Position numbers and translations under genes: made by a program. A stretch of 54,488 nucleotides of DNA from a virus. Taxonomy: Duplodnaviria > Heunggongvirae > Uroviricota > Caudoviricetes. Positions 33,669-48,200 of this stretch are shown one piece after another. The notes beneath the pieces are model-generated. The model searched no databases, was not told where the DNA came from, and was given only the letters and a program-made list of their open reading frames with translations. The stretch's first letter is position 1. Each line of letters starts with the position of its first letter. The stretch lies in IMG/VR virus record IMGVR_UViG_3300042992_000089; one strand, written 5' to 3'.

Positions 33669-36263
33669 ATGGCATCGTTTACTGATAAATCCTTACAATT
33701 CAACCCTTACATCCAAGAGCTCCCTGTGGAGGCCATGGTGCAAGTGGGCATGCAAAAGCAAGCCCAGTATGATCAAGGTGTGCAAAAAATTCAGAATGAA
33801 ATTGATCGAGTTGGTGGTATAGAATTATACAGACCCCAAGACAAACAGGTATTACAATCTAAACTCAATGAGTTAGGTAGTAGATTAAAGACTGTGGCAG
33901 CAGGAGACTTTTCTAATCAACAACTAGTTAACTCAGTTGCTGGTATGACAGGTCAAATTATTAAAGATGAAAACATCATAAACGCTGTATCATCTACGCA
34001 ACAATATAAAAAAGCTGTTAAGGAAAGAGAAGAATATCTAAAAGATGGCAAGACTTCTCCATCAAATGACTGGTTGTTTCAACAAAAAACTAACAAGTGG
34101 ATGAATGGAGATGTAAAAGAAACATTTAGTGGAGGGTATGATCCATACACAAACTGGAGAAAAAATGCATTAGATATTATAAAGGATCTCACTGGAGATT
34201 CAACTATTACAGAAGAAGATTTTACAACAGTTGTTGGTGAAGATGGGAAACCTCAAGTGGTCTTAGCAGATGCTACTACAAGAACAAAACTTGCAGGTGT
34301 GTCTCCTGACCAAATCAAACAAGCACTATCTGTAGGTTTAACACCTGCTGATTGGAGACAGTTAGAGATAGATGGTGTATATACATATAGTAATGTTACT
34401 GATCCTAATTTATTTAAAGAGAATGTTAATAGTGAATACTTAGATAAGTCTGAATACTTCACTAAACAAAAACAAGCTCTTGAGAATTCTTTAAGTTCTA
34501 CAAATTCAAATGTTCAGAAACAAATGATTCAAGATAAGATAAATGGTCTTGATTCTACAATTAACAAACTTAATAAAGAAAGAGATAGTATATTAGGTCT
34601 TGTTGATAGAGGAGATTTGGAAAGAGCTAAGGCAAACTTATTTACTCTTAACTCTATTAACAACTTTGCTAAACCTTTCTCTCATACAGAAGTTGAGATC
34701 ACAAAAGAAGATAGTCCTGCAGCTCAAATGCAAATGCAAAGGGAAACAAAAAATCAAGCTTGGAAGATACATAAAGATAATATGTATTGGAAGTCAAGAG
34801 AAGTCAAAGCTGCAGAAGAGGCTAATAAAATAGCAAAGAAAACAGCAGAAGGATATGGTGCTTTTGCAGCTCCTGTAGATCAGGATACTCTTCCTAAATT
34901 AACTGTTGGTGAACTTACAAGAACAACAGATATAGAGTTAGGTAAAATTAAAGATAGAGATGAAGCTTTTTTAAAGTCTCAAGGTAAAACTAAAGAATGG
35001 TTTGAACAACAAAGAGCTGCGTGGGAAACAAGACCTACAGGGGTTAGTCCTGTTGTAGCTAACTATTTTAATACTACAGAAAAAGAAAGAAGACAAGCTG
35101 AAGCTAATCAAGAATTAATATTAGATGTTAGAAGAAAGGCAGAAGCTGAACATGGTACAATAGATAAGCTTATTCCTAAAAATGCTCCTACTGTTACTTA
35201 TAAAAAAGGTAATGAAGTATATCAATATACAGCTAAAGACTTTGTAGACTTTAATACAGTAGCATATAAATATAGAGGTACTGGTGGTGGTACAGCTCCA
35301 GGTGGAGGATCTGTTGTTGGTATGGCAGGAACTCCTGTAGCTTCAGCAGATGCTAAAGCTAGACAAGAGTTAAGTCCTAAGATGTATAACTTGTATAAGA
35401 TTTGGAGTAAGATGCCAGCCAAGAGATATGATTCTGACAAGGTTATATTAGCTCAACTAGACAATTATGCAAAGACTGTAAATAAGCCTTATAAAGAAAC
35501 CTTACAAAAGATTGATAAGACTATGGAAGATACTTTTAAAAATAGGATTTCTGTAAGTCAAGCTGCTGGATATAACATCCCTTCAATAACTCCTGCTCAA
35601 AAAGGAAGTTTAAAAAGCTTTTTAATTGCTGCTGCTGCTGCTGCTGAGAAGAGTGGTGGTAAACTTGCAGGCTCTCCTGATTTTAATGTTGAGACTGCTA
35701 GAGAAATTGCAGGATCAGAAAATCCAAACTTTTCAATAGATGTTGCTGAAGGCACTGAATTCCAAGAACCTTATTATAAAGTTACAGCTGTTGGTCCAGG
35801 AGGAAAAGCAACTAGTTTTAGATTAACTCCAGAACAAAAAATAGGAGGCTTTGGTACTCAATTTGATGATGTAGCATCACAACAACTAAGACCATATTTA
35901 GATCAAATAAATAAAACAGGAGGAATGACCACTGCCAAAGATGGTAGTGCCAGGACAACTGTTAGCAATGCTTTCTTAGGTAATCTTGATTTTGAAAATG
36001 TAAGAACCTATGGTGTGAAAGCAAATATCATACAACTTAGTCCAGGCAATTATACACTAGGTATCAAAGCATATGATCCTATAAGAAGAAGTTGGACTAC
36101 TGATGAGATGTACTATCCAAGTGTAGGAAGTATGACTAAGGAAGGACTTAACATGGCTATAAAAAATATGAATGATAGTGAGATATTTAGATTGATAAAT
36201 GAAAGACCAGCAACAGCTGGTGACTTACAAAAAATACAAAAAGCTTCTCAAAAACCTTTATAA
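33669..36263 (+). CDS. Cargo/ejection protein (864 aa)
   Basis: N-terminus FNPYIQELPVEAMVQVGMQKQAQYDQG...LQSKLNELG typical of crAss-like internal proteins preceding the RNAP gene; TAATG-coupled to the RNAP gene. Confidence 0.6.
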   Translation: MASFTDKSLQFNPYIQELPVEAMVQVGMQKQAQYDQGVQKIQNEIDRVGGIELYRPQDKQVLQSKLNELGSRLKTVAAGDFSNQQLVNSVAGMTGQIIKDENIINAVSSTQQYKKAVKEREEYLKDGKTSPSNDWLFQQKTNKWMNGDVKETFSGGYDPYTNWRKNALDIIKDLTGDSTITEEDFTTVVGEDGKPQVVLADATTRTKLAGVSPDQIKQALSVGLTPADWRQLEIDGVYTYSNVTDPNLFKENVNSEYLDKSEYFTKQKQALENSLSSTNSNVQKQMIQDKINGLDSTINKLNKERDSILGLVDRGDLERAKANLFTLNSINNFAKPFSHTEVEITKEDSPAAQMQMQRETKNQAWKIHKDNMYWKSREVKAAEEANKIAKKTAEGYGAFAAPVDQDTLPKLTVGELTRTTDIELGKIKDRDEAFLKSQGKTKEWFEQQRAAWETRPTGVSPVVANYFNTTEKERRQAEANQELILDVRRKAEAEHGTIDKLIPKNAPTVTYKKGNEVYQYTAKDFVDFNTVAYKYRGTGGGTAPGGGSVVGMAGTPVASADAKARQELSPKMYNLYKIWSKMPAKRYDSDKVILAQLDNYAKTVNKPYKETLQKIDKTMEDTFKNRISVSQAAGYNIPSITPAQKGSLKSFLIAAAAAAEKSGGKLAGSPDFNVETAREIAGSENPNFSIDVAEGTEFQEPYYKVTAVGPGGKATSFRLTPEQKIGGFGTQFDDVASQQLRPYLDQINKTGGMTTAKDGSARTTVSNAFLGNLDFENVRTYGVKANIIQLSPGNYTLGIKAYDPIRRSWTTDEMYYPSVGSMTKEGLNMAIKNMNDSEIFRLINERPATAGDLQKIQKASQKPL

Positions 36264-39200
36264 TGGCAGATACTCCTTTAATAGACAGGGCATTATTAGA
36301 TTCATCATTGAATGATTATACACCTACTGAACTTCCTGAAAGACCTGCAAGTGTTCCTTATCAAAGCTTGCGAAGTCAATACGAAGGAACTGGTATTCCT
36401 ATGATGGATGGAGAACCTACTCCTACTGCATTAAGTGCTCTTGAGAATGCTGTATTAACTGCAGGTAGAAATGATGGTAAGAAGATGGCAGGTGGCATTG
36501 ATAGAACTTTAACAGAGGTAAGTAGTGATAGATATAAGAGCTTCATGCCTGGTGATTATAATAATGAAGATGCTTATGCTCAAAGTCAAAGTTGGGCTAG
36601 TAAAATGGTTAATGGTGTAGGTAAAGGTTTAGTTCTTACAGGAACTACTTTCTTACAATCTACTGTAGGACTAGTAAATGGTCTAGCTAACTTTGCAAAC
36701 TCTGGAAGATTTGCAGATATTTATGATAATGACATGAATAGGTTTTTAGATGAGGAAGTTGTAAAGGCTTCTGAAAACATAATGCCTAACTATTATAAAG
36801 CAGGAGAAAGAGAACAAGATTGGTATTCTCCAAGTAAGTTATTTAGTGCTAACTTTATTTGGGATGGAGTTGTTAAAAACTTAGGCTTTGCTGCAGGTGC
36901 TGCATTGTCAGGAGGAGCATATGCTGCTGCTCTAAAATCAATCCCTCTTACAGCTAGACTGTTCTCAGTGGGTAAGGGTGCTCAAGCTTTAGCTGCTTCA
37001 GAAGAAGCATTGCTTGCTGCAGATAAAGCAGCTTCTACTTATGGTAAACTTAAAGGACTTTCTGATAAGTTTTTATCATCTTATAGCTCATTAGGTCAAG
37101 GAGGTAGAATTACTGTTGCAGCTTTAGGTACAGTGGGTGAGGCTGGCTTTGAAGCATACCATACGCTTAATGATTTTAGAAATAAAAAGATTGAAGAATA
37201 TAAAGAAGCAAATGGTGGTCAAGCTCCTATGGGAGAAGATCTGTTAAAGATTAATCAACTTTCTGAAGAAGTGGGTAATTCTTCTTACTTTGCAAACGTT
37301 GGTTTATTAACTGCTACTAACTATATTCAGTTTCCTAAAATACTAGGAGCTACATACAAAGGGGAGAAAGGGATTGTTAATTCTCTTACAAAAGAAATTG
37401 GTGAAATTACAACAGACGCTACTGGTAAATATATAGCAGCTCCTAATAGATTTGGAAAAATCTTATCTACATTAAATAAGGTGAGACCATATACCTTCTC
37501 TGCTTCAGAAGCATTTGAGGAAGGTGCACAATACGCAATTGGCAAATCTACAGAAAACTATTACAATAAGAAATATAACAACGAACCAACTAATTGGTTA
37601 GATGGTGTTGCTGCAGGAATTAGTGAAACATTAACTACTAATGAGGGTATGGAGAACATACTTATTGGTGGATTGTCTGGAGCATTAATGTTAGGTCCTG
37701 GTAAGTTTGGTGAAGCAAAAGAAAAGTCAAAGAATACACAAGCTGCTATTACAGAATTTAATAATGCTATCTTGTCTGACTTCTCTAAAGAAGTTAAAGG
37801 ATCTGTTAATAGAGGTACAACTATACAAGAGGAAAGAGAAACAGCAATAAGAAGAGGTGATATTCTAGAGAGCAAAGACTTAGAGCGTGATTACATAATC
37901 AACTATCTAACTCCTCGTATTAAGTATGGTAGATTTGATCTTGTTCAAAGCGACATTGCTCAGTATAAAACTCTAGCAATGACTGATGAGGGATTTGCAC
38001 AGTTACAATCAGAAGGTAAGGCATTAGATACAGATACTAAAGAAGCATATCTACAAAGATTAGCTAACTTAGAAGTTACTGCTCAGAACATTAAATCATT
38101 ATATCAATCATTAGATGTACGTTATGGTGGGTTAGTAAATGCTGATGGTAAGCCTGTCTATTCACCAAAGGTGATGGATCAGATGATATATGCTGCAACT
38201 AAGGTGGCAGACTATGATGAAAGACTTCCTCAATTAATGACAGTGTTAGATGCTGTAGGTATTGATACTACTACTGTTGTTAATGACTTAACTAATGGAG
38301 ACAGTGATTCTTACATAGCAGCTGTTGAAAAAATTAAGGCATCAAAGTCTATTAATGAAGATGAATTAATGCAGACATTAGAAGATGTTGCAGAGCTTGC
38401 TTTGCGTAGAGACAACTTCTTGTTTGAATATAATGATATAAAGAACAATCCTAGTAAGTATGACACTGCAGAAACTATGGATAAAGATGCTCCAAAGAAA
38501 GAAACTGTAAAAGTTAAGACTAAGGATGGTGAAGAAGATATTGAAGTAGATACAGAATACTACTTAGGTAGAACTGTTAAGTATGACAAAGATGGTAATG
38601 AGGTTTATGGATTTCCAAGATTAACTATCCTTGGAGAAAATGAAGATGGTACTATTAAGATTAAGGATTCTAATGGTGTTGTAAGAGACATCTCTAAAGA
38701 AGAATTAGCTGGCTATAAATTAGGCAAAGTGTCAGACACTTTAAATAATAAAAAAGCCAAATACTATATGGAACATAGTAACACTGTGTTTCAATTTAAC
38801 TTTGGTAAAGGTAAGAAAGTTAAAGGTAGATTAGAATACTCCCCTAAAGATGGAGTATTAAACTTTGTGTACAGAGACACTAAAGGAAAGATTAAATCTA
38901 TTGAGGTTACAGGTAGTCAATTTGTAGCTCAAGAAGGATATGATGTTCCTATGATTATGGCTGTTGGTGAACTTACACCAATTCAAAAACAAGCATTAGA
39001 TGAATTTGTTAGTTTAAAAGAATCAAAATTTTCTGCTAAAAGAGAAGCTAGATTAAAAATACTAAATGACATGTTTGATGAAACATCATCAAAGCTAATG
39101 TCTACACAAAAGTTATTAGAACAAAAATACAATGAACTTGAGAAGATAACAGGCGATCTTACTAATGTTGAAACCAAGCTTAAGGCTGGTGAGATGACTA

Positions 39201-42200
39201 AGAAGAATGCGTTCAAAAAAACCACAGCCAACGCACTTAGAGCTGCAAGTAAATTATCTAAACTAAGAGATAAGTTAATTGATGAGATTAGAGAATTAGA
39301 ATCTCAACAAGAAGAACTTGAGTTTACACAAGCTTACATTGCTGACATGGTTCAGAATATAGGTGAGCTTCCTGCAGAAAGTGAAGACTTTATCAATGAA
39401 TTAAAAGAACAAAAGTCTCTTGTTGAAGATTTAATATTAGATACTGGTAAAAATATTAATGCTTTGTCTAAGCTCTTAACTAATGTTGAGAAAGCTTTAG
39501 ATACTGCTGTAGATTTGGCATTAGATCTGATTAAGAAGTTTGAAGCTAAATATCCAAACTTACCTTACACTCCATTAGCTTTACAAGAATATTTGAATGC
39601 TAATCCAGAAGTTAGAAGAAATAACCCTGAATTAATGTCAGACTTAATTGAGTTTGAAAGAGATCTTGCCAATATTGATGAGTTAGATGTAACTCCTAAT
39701 GAACGCAGTGTTGCTGAATTAAGAGAAGAGTTACAAGGTTTACAAGATCAGTTAAAGGAATATGAGCAAGACTTAAAAGCTAGAGAAGCAATTTTAACTA
39801 GATTTCAAGATGTTGCTAAAGCTTATAAGTTACAGAAAGAACAAGAGAAAAAGTTAAAGAGTGATGGTAAACTTATTAATGCAGTTATTGGTACATTAAG
39901 TAAGGAACAATTAGACAATACTCCATATAGTGTTAAGTACGAACCTACTTCTAAGAAAGGTCCAAAGATATTAGTTACATCTACTGTTGCTAGTAAGAAT
40001 ATATTAGGCTATGCACGTGCAAATTACTTTGGTAATAAGTTCAACTCATTCCCTAATAAGAATAATATATTTGGTGTCTTAGTTACTTCTGCAAATGAAG
40101 ACAACATTATACCAGGACTTACTTCATATTTACAGAACAACAATACAGACATAGATCCAACAAAAACTATTGCATTAGTAATGGTTGAGGATCAAGGCAA
40201 TGGTAACTTTGTATTGGTAGGTCAAGATGGGCAACCTCTTGCAGAAGGCCAAGATAAGTTAGAGAATGCTGTATTCCAAGTAATGCCTGACGAGAGTTTA
40301 CAATGGGGTCCTGACTTTGGTAATGAAACAATGTTCAGAAGCAACACACCTGAGCAAACTAGAAAAGAGTTAAAAGATCAATACATTGCTTTCAGAAATG
40401 AAACATTAAAAGATCCTGCTGTTAGATTACAATCAATCACTCCTTCTTTTGGAAGACCTACTAGAGTTAGTATTACATTACCTGATGGTAAGAAGGTTAC
40501 TGATCCAAGTGCTGCTGTGTCTGTAAAGGCTGCTGGATTAATTGAAGACAAAGACTTAGTTGAAAAGCAGTTAATTGAAGTGCCTACTGTTGCAAAAGAT
40601 ATTAGTAAAGGAAGCACAGAGTTTACAGATGTGCTTGGTAGAATATTCTTAGTATTAGATAATGCTTATGTTAAGTTAAAGAACAGACTGTTCAATACTA
40701 AAGAAGCTGAAACTATCTATGAGGTTCTTAATCAATTATCTAACAATGTGTTTGATGATGGTGGTGTAGAAGCTAGAAGTGAATATTTAATTGACTGGTT
40801 AAGAAGTGTTACATTCTGGGGCAAACCTAAAGAAGGCAAAGACCCTGGTTATAATAGTATATGGTTTGAGAGAGCAGATGGTGAATTAAGATTGTTCTTC
40901 TCTGGTAAAGGAGAGAGTCTTTCTTTTACACCACAAGCAATGGAAACTCAGAAAGATGCAATTGTCACTCTTCTACAAAACATGTACAATAATGTTAATG
41001 CTAGAAAGGTACAAAACACAGATGAATATAATTTAACATATGAAGAAATCATAGGTATTGGTGAGAATGGTATTCCACAAACAAAAGAATGGCAAAACTA
41101 TCAAACATATTTGTTATCAGATGAGGGAAGAACAGCTGATGAGATTCCTTTGTTTACTGATATTACTGCGTTAGAATCTCCTGAAGATACTAATAGAGAG
41201 GGTGTATACTTTACACTTAGCGATGCTGCTGACAACTTTACTATTACAGAGATAGTTAGAACTGTGCCTAAGACTGTTGTTCCTGGTGGCATTAAGCCTA
41301 CAGCTGCAACACCTGTTTCTGCAGAAGAAGAAACATTTACTGTAGGAGAAACACAAGAAGCTCCAATAGAAACTAAGACTGGTTCAAAGTTTGTATTAGA
41401 TGGTAAGACTAAGAATATATTTATTACTCCAAAGGGAACTAGAATAGCTTTCACAGCTAATCGTAATTTATTGGCTAAAGGAGATATTGATAATGGTATT
41501 AAGATATTAAAAGGAGAAGACTTAGCTAAAGCTGAGGAAGCTTTAATTGCTGCAAATGTTAAGAAGGAAGATATGGGAAGAGCTTTAAAAGCTCCTATTG
41601 CTAACTTCTTAAATGTACCTGTACAGAAGGCAACTGCTGTAGAAGAAGATGAAGAAGCTTTTGCAATACCTGATGAAACAGATGCAGATGATGTAGTAAT
41701 AGAGATTGAAGAAAAGGCACCAGCACAAATTACAACAAAGGGCCCTAGTGTAAGAAGTGGTGCTATAAAAGAAGCATTATTAGAAGATGAAGATGGAGAC
41801 TTACGTGAGATATTAGAGAATGAAATAAAGACATTCAAATCTGAAAACTGGAAGAAGTTAGAACAATGGTTAAGAGCTAATCTACCTAACGTTCCTGTAT
41901 ATAGAGTGAAGAATGTTATCAAAGCTACAGGGGGAAGAAAGGCTTGGGGTATGTATAAGAATGGTGCTATCTATGTATACACTAATGCAGAGGCTGGGAC
42001 AACATATCATGAAGTGTTTCATGCTATCTGGAATATGTTCTCTGACCCTAAGGAACGCAAGGCTATTGTAAATGAATTCAAGAATAGAAAGGGCAGCTTT
42101 GTAGATAGAGTTACAGGACAAGAAGTTAAATACTCAGAAGCAACTCCTGGTCAAATCAAGGAACAACTAGCAGAAGAGTTTAGAGAATATGTATTAGATA

Positions 42201-45200
42201 AGAAAGTTCCACCTAAGCCTGCTGATGGTAGACCTTACATCATTAAGTTATTTACTGATTTAGCAAACTTTATTAAGGAATATTTCTTAGGTCCTCAAGC
42301 TGCAAGAAACACAGAAGAGTTATTTAAGAGAATAGGAGAAGGTTATTATAAGAACGCATCTCCATATCAGTCTAAGTTAGCATTAGCTAAACCTGGTATT
42401 ATTGATGTTGAAGATGCTATAGGCGACCCAACTAGTGAGTATAGTTTAATTGCTAATGGTCTTACAGGAGAACAAGTACATGATACTATTCAACAAATGA
42501 CCTATTCTACTCTTACAAATCTTATTGCTACTAATCAAAGCCTATTTGATATCCCTGCTAAGAACAGAGCTGTAATATATAAAGAAGCTAAAGATAATCT
42601 TAAGTATACAGTTGTAGATAAGATTAAGAACATTGCTGCTAAACTAATGAAAGAAGGTATTGCTACAAAAGAAGATGTAGCTCCTGAGGTAGCAAAAGCT
42701 GAGCAGTTGTTTGCAATCATAGATAAAAACTGGGATGAGATAACTCAAATCTTTGAAGAACAATTATTATCTTATTCTATTGAATTTGATGAGAATGACA
42801 GTACTCAAACAACAAATGAGAACAATACAGGTAGAGGAGACTATCAAGAGTCAGAGAAAATAGACAAGTTTAAGAAGGCTAACGCTGCTATTAAATTATT
42901 GTTAGCTACCATTCCATACAGAAATGCAAGAGGTAAAAGAACACTTTCTTCAATCAATGGTGTTAGATTAATACCAATGAGCAAGGTGTATATAGACCTT
43001 AAGAATGCTTTATACAACTCAGATACAGTAGATGATATGATGGAAAAACTACGTGAGTTTGTAGAGTCTCAAAAACCTGAATATGGTGTAATATACCAAA
43101 GACTTACAGGACAACCTTCTTCTGAGAAGTTGAATCCTTATGCTAATATAAAAACTGATGCAGATCTTCAACTGGTTACTTCTTTCTACAATGTAATGAA
43201 GGGACAAGCTCCTGACGTGGTTACAGTGTACACAGCTCCTGATGGAACTGTAGTGACAACTGATATGTCTGTAGGCACAGCATCTAAGCAAATTGCTATT
43301 GATATGGAAAACAGTATCATTAGCTCTATACAAAAGAACTTAGGAAAGTACTATAGATATGATGCTCCTAACAAAATGTACGTAGCTATTAAGAAGAACA
43401 TTGAGAATCAACAGTTAGGATCATTAGAAAGAAGTGTATTATTTATGAAGTCTTTAGGAGTGGATGTTCCTATTAGAATGATTAGAAGACTTGGCTTTGA
43501 ATCTGACTTTAACAAAGCTGTTGCTGGTATAAAGAAGAACTTATTAGAAGCTGAGCAGATTAAGTTTATTTCTAGTAAGACAATTAACACTGCAGGTAGA
43601 GTTAAGGAGATTGCTGACATGCTTGCTAAGATTCAAAATCCTGACTTTGAAAGTACATATTTTAACCTTGAAGGTGATAGAGTACAGTCTTTCATAGGTG
43701 GTAATGCTATTAGTAGCTTACGTGATTTCTTAACTAAGATAAGCAATAAGAAACAATTAGTTGGCTCTAGATATGAATACTTACTTACAGATAACTTTGC
43801 TAACATTGGTTCTGTATTCATGGACAAGATATTTGATAAAGATTCAGGAAACAAATTACCTAAGGGTGATGAGATATTAAGCACAGCGTATGCAGGTGGT
43901 ATGATTGATGAGGGTCTTGGCAAAAGAAAAGACCCAGCTAGTCTTACACCTAGTGAGCGTTTGAAGGAAGAGTTAAACCTTAACCTAGCAGGATACTATA
44001 TGAACCTTGTTCCAGGAGATGCCTCTTTGGACTGGGCAAACTATGTAGGTAATACAGTTACATTAAATAGTTTAAAGAAAGACAATAGCTCAATACATAA
44101 AGTATTTAAAGGATACTTCTTGTCAGAGTTAGCTGTTTCTAGAGAAGGTCGTAAGATTGTACAAGATGAGAACGAGACTAGAAAGTCTACAGACCTGCGT
44201 TTCTTCAAGAATATATTAGGACCATCATTACATGAAGATATTGTATCATATGATCCAAGCAAAGAGAAATCTCTTGAGGATGTTTACACACACTTTGAAT
44301 CAAGAATAAACACTGCTATAGACGCATTTGTTAAGAAGGATATTGAGAGAAGAAAAGCTGTGTATTCTAATTACAATATTCTTTCTGAAGATGAGAATGG
44401 TTTTAACTTTAATGGAGTGGAATTTGAAAAGAAAAGATCTTTAAGTGAGAATGATGTTGATGTGAATATCAAGTACTTATCTGTTAACTATATGATTAAT
44501 AACATAGAGTTACATAAACTTGTATACTCAGATCCATATTTCTACAAAGATGAATTGAAGCGTATTAAGAGTTTTTTATCTCCACGTCAGGCTATCATAT
44601 ATGGTTCAGCAGGTTTAAATGCTGTAATGAATAATGTATATAATGATGACTATACAGATATTGATGATCTTGGATACACTGACTTCACAGCTGACTATTT
44701 CAAAACCATCACATTAGAGGATGTCAAAGGTGTAGCAGATGTAGAAGGATTTGCTAAAGAGTATTCATCATTCACTGAAACAGATGGTGGTGGTATGATT
44801 AGTATGCAAGCATATCGCAACTTTAGAATACGTGCTTCAAATTGGAACCCTAATGAGGAAAGACAATACAGATATGATGTTGCTTTTGAGAAAAGAGACA
44901 AGGGTCAGGACCTTTCTCCTAATGAATCAAATTTATTAGAAGCAGGCAATCCTCAAGTAAAGAGTGCATACACTCCATTGAAACCAGTTGTAGCTGGGGC
45001 TAAGATGAGTAAACAATCTTACAATGATGTTGTATTAGATAAGTTTGCCCTTTATCCATTGAGTTACAGAGTGTTACATGAGATTAATAAAGATTCAAAT
45101 GCTATCAAGTTATACAACAAGATGCAGAAAGATAAGATTGACTACGCTGTATTTGACAGTGGTAGAAAGGTGGGGGCTGATGTATTAGTTAAATTATATG

Positions 45201-48200
45201 ATAGCAAGGGTAACTTTAATGATGCTCCTATTGCAGATGCAGATAAGATTAATATACCATTTAGTATTATAAGTGTACAGTCTGAGGTGCCTTCTAAGGA
45301 TGAGGCTTTTGTAACAAGAGGTTCTCAGATTACCAAATTGGTAACATTAGACTTCTTACAAGCTGGTGTACCTTTTGACTTCATGTCTGATGAGAAAGAT
45401 TTTAACAAGCGTTTAGAAGCTTGGGAAAACTTAGAAGATGAAACAGCTATGGCTAATGCATCTCCATTCTTCAAAGAGATATTGGAGAACCAAGACTTAC
45501 TAGAGGAAATGACTGATATTGGTTATAAAAACCTTCTTGATAGATTAGGTATTAAACAAACCAAAGCAGGATTTGAGATTGTAGATCCTGAGAAGATTGC
45601 TCAAACATTACGTTCTGAGTTATTCAAAAGAGAAGTGAATCGCAATATAGTGGCTGCACTTGTGGGCTTTGAGAAAGGTCAAGTTTTAATTGAAGCTAGC
45701 CCTATGTACAGTCAAGTGAGAAACATTCTTTATTCTATAGTGGATAAGAACATTGTACGTCCAAAGATTAATGGTGGATTAAAAGTACAGATTCCTTCTA
45801 CAGGATTTGAATCAGTAAGACCTGTAGGAAAGAATGGATTGTTTGAGTCAGATGTATTAAAGTTTTATGAGAAAGGTGGAGAGCGTGTAGCTGAGGTGAT
45901 GGTAGGAAGATGGTTTGATAGTGATATGTCTGATGAGGACTTATTAAAATATTTAAACACTACAGATGAAGGTCAAGCTTTATTAAAGGGTGTAGCGTTT
46001 CGTATACCTACACAGAAGCAAAACTCTGTGGATGTAATTAAGATAGCTAAGTTTCTTCCTAAGGAGTTTGGTGACTCTGTTGTTGTACCAGCTGCGTTAG
46101 TTCAGAAGGTTGGATCTGACTTTGATATAGATAAGTTATCTATGTATTTCAAGAACATCTACAAAGGAAAAGATGGTAAGCCTAAGTTGATTCCATACTT
46201 TGGAATGGGCAAGGATGCTATCAAGAAGTTTGAAGAAATGTTTGACAAAGGAGAGTTCTTAACTAAAGAACAATTACAAGAGCTTGACAGATACATAGCA
46301 GAAGAACAAATCATGTTGGAAGACTTGATTGAAGAGAAGTCTAATGCAAGTAAGTTAATTACAGCAATAGTTGGAAACTTAAATGGTCTTATTAATGAAG
46401 AGGAATTAACACAGGAATTTACTAGAGGTATCAAAGCTAAAGATCAAATAATCAATCTATTATACAAGAAGTCTATTGAGAACCAATACATTCAGTCTTT
46501 AGAAAACATTATTGGAAGTGAGGCTAACTACACTAGATTAGTTACACCAAACAATGCTAAAGTGTTAAAAGATATGTCAATTGATATTACAGACAAGTTA
46601 GGTCTTGGTTCATTTGATTATTCTTCCACTGACAATATGTTGAATCAAATATTCATGTCTAGACTTAGACAGGCATTTGTACGTGGTAAATATGCAATTG
46701 GTCTTGCTGCTGTAGCTCAAACTAATCATGCTCAGAACCAACGTTCTAATATGTATGTTGATAAATCAATGATGTATAAATTAAGCAAGTCTGATCAGAA
46801 GTGGTTAGGAGATGCTAATGTTAACTTTAGCAAATATAATACAGTGAGGGTTGGTGGTAGAACAGTGCCTAGTCTTTCTGGTATTAAAGATGCTAACAAT
46901 AAATATGACATATCTGATATCATTGGTCAGTTTATTGATGGATATGTGGATATTGCTAAGGGTCCTTGGATTATGGAATTAGGTGCAAGTCCTAATGTAG
47001 CTCCTACATGGTTGTTCTTAGTTAAGATTGGAGTTCCAATTAAAGAAGTTGCCTACTTTATGAACCAACCAATCATTCGTGATTATGTACGTGAGTTAGA
47101 AAACAGTGGATACACTTGGTTATTTAATGACTCAACTGTAGCTGCTATTAAAGACTCTGAGAAATATAAGGTGGACCCAAGTAAGGTACAAGGATTGAAT
47201 AGTATTCCTAACGTTGCTGCTCTTGAGAAGAACATAGGTAAGAAGTCTTTTGATGTTGCTGGAAAAGCTGAACAACAATTCATATTAAATGAGTTCTTGA
47301 AGTATGGCATGATGGCTAATCAATTGTTTAAAGTGGTACAAGGATCTAACTTTGATACAACAGCGTTCAATGACCCAATGTTAATCTTTAAGAAAGAAGA
47401 GCAGTTATCTCAAGCTAGAGAAACTATTATATCTTCTGTAGATAACTTATTAAATAAATCTTTCATAGGTAGAGTTAGAATAGGATTACGTGATAGTAGA
47501 AATGCTATTGGTCAGACAGCTTTGACTTCTGATACAAGAAGGGTAAGAGGTGTGCTTCAAAGCGTACTAAGACCTTACGTTAACTTGAACGATAGACAGT
47601 TTGTTAAGGTGGCTAGAAAAGCTGTTAATGATCTTTTTGACTGGGCTGTGCAAATCAATCCTACATTTAAGATCAATATGGAGAGAGACCTATTATCTAA
47701 AGATGGTACAGCAAAACAGATTACAGATTATTTTAATGATATTAAAAATGATCCTGAGCACGTTTTACATAACAATGTTATTGTAAACTCTTTGGCTCCT
47801 AAGTTTGCAGGAACAGAAGAAGAGCGTCCTAATAATCTTTACATGCCAGGTAAGGATAACAAAGTATATGATCAAAACAAAGTTATATATGGCTTTGAAG
47901 AGTTGAGAAACTATATGGAGTCTACAGGTGATCTTCCTTTGTATAAGAAGTTGGTAAAGCTTTCTATATTACAATCTGGTTTATCTACATCTGCTATATC
48001 TTTCACTTCTCTTATTCCTTATGATGACTTTGTAGAAGAATACAATGATATTTTGTCCAAGTTAGAAACTTTACCTAACTTAGCTGACTTTGCTACATTG
48101 AATGTTTTTGAAAGAAACAACTGGAATGATGATGAAATTGTTCCTCACAAGAAAGCACAATGGAAAACAGAGAAGCAAAAAGATGGTAAGTTAAAGACTA

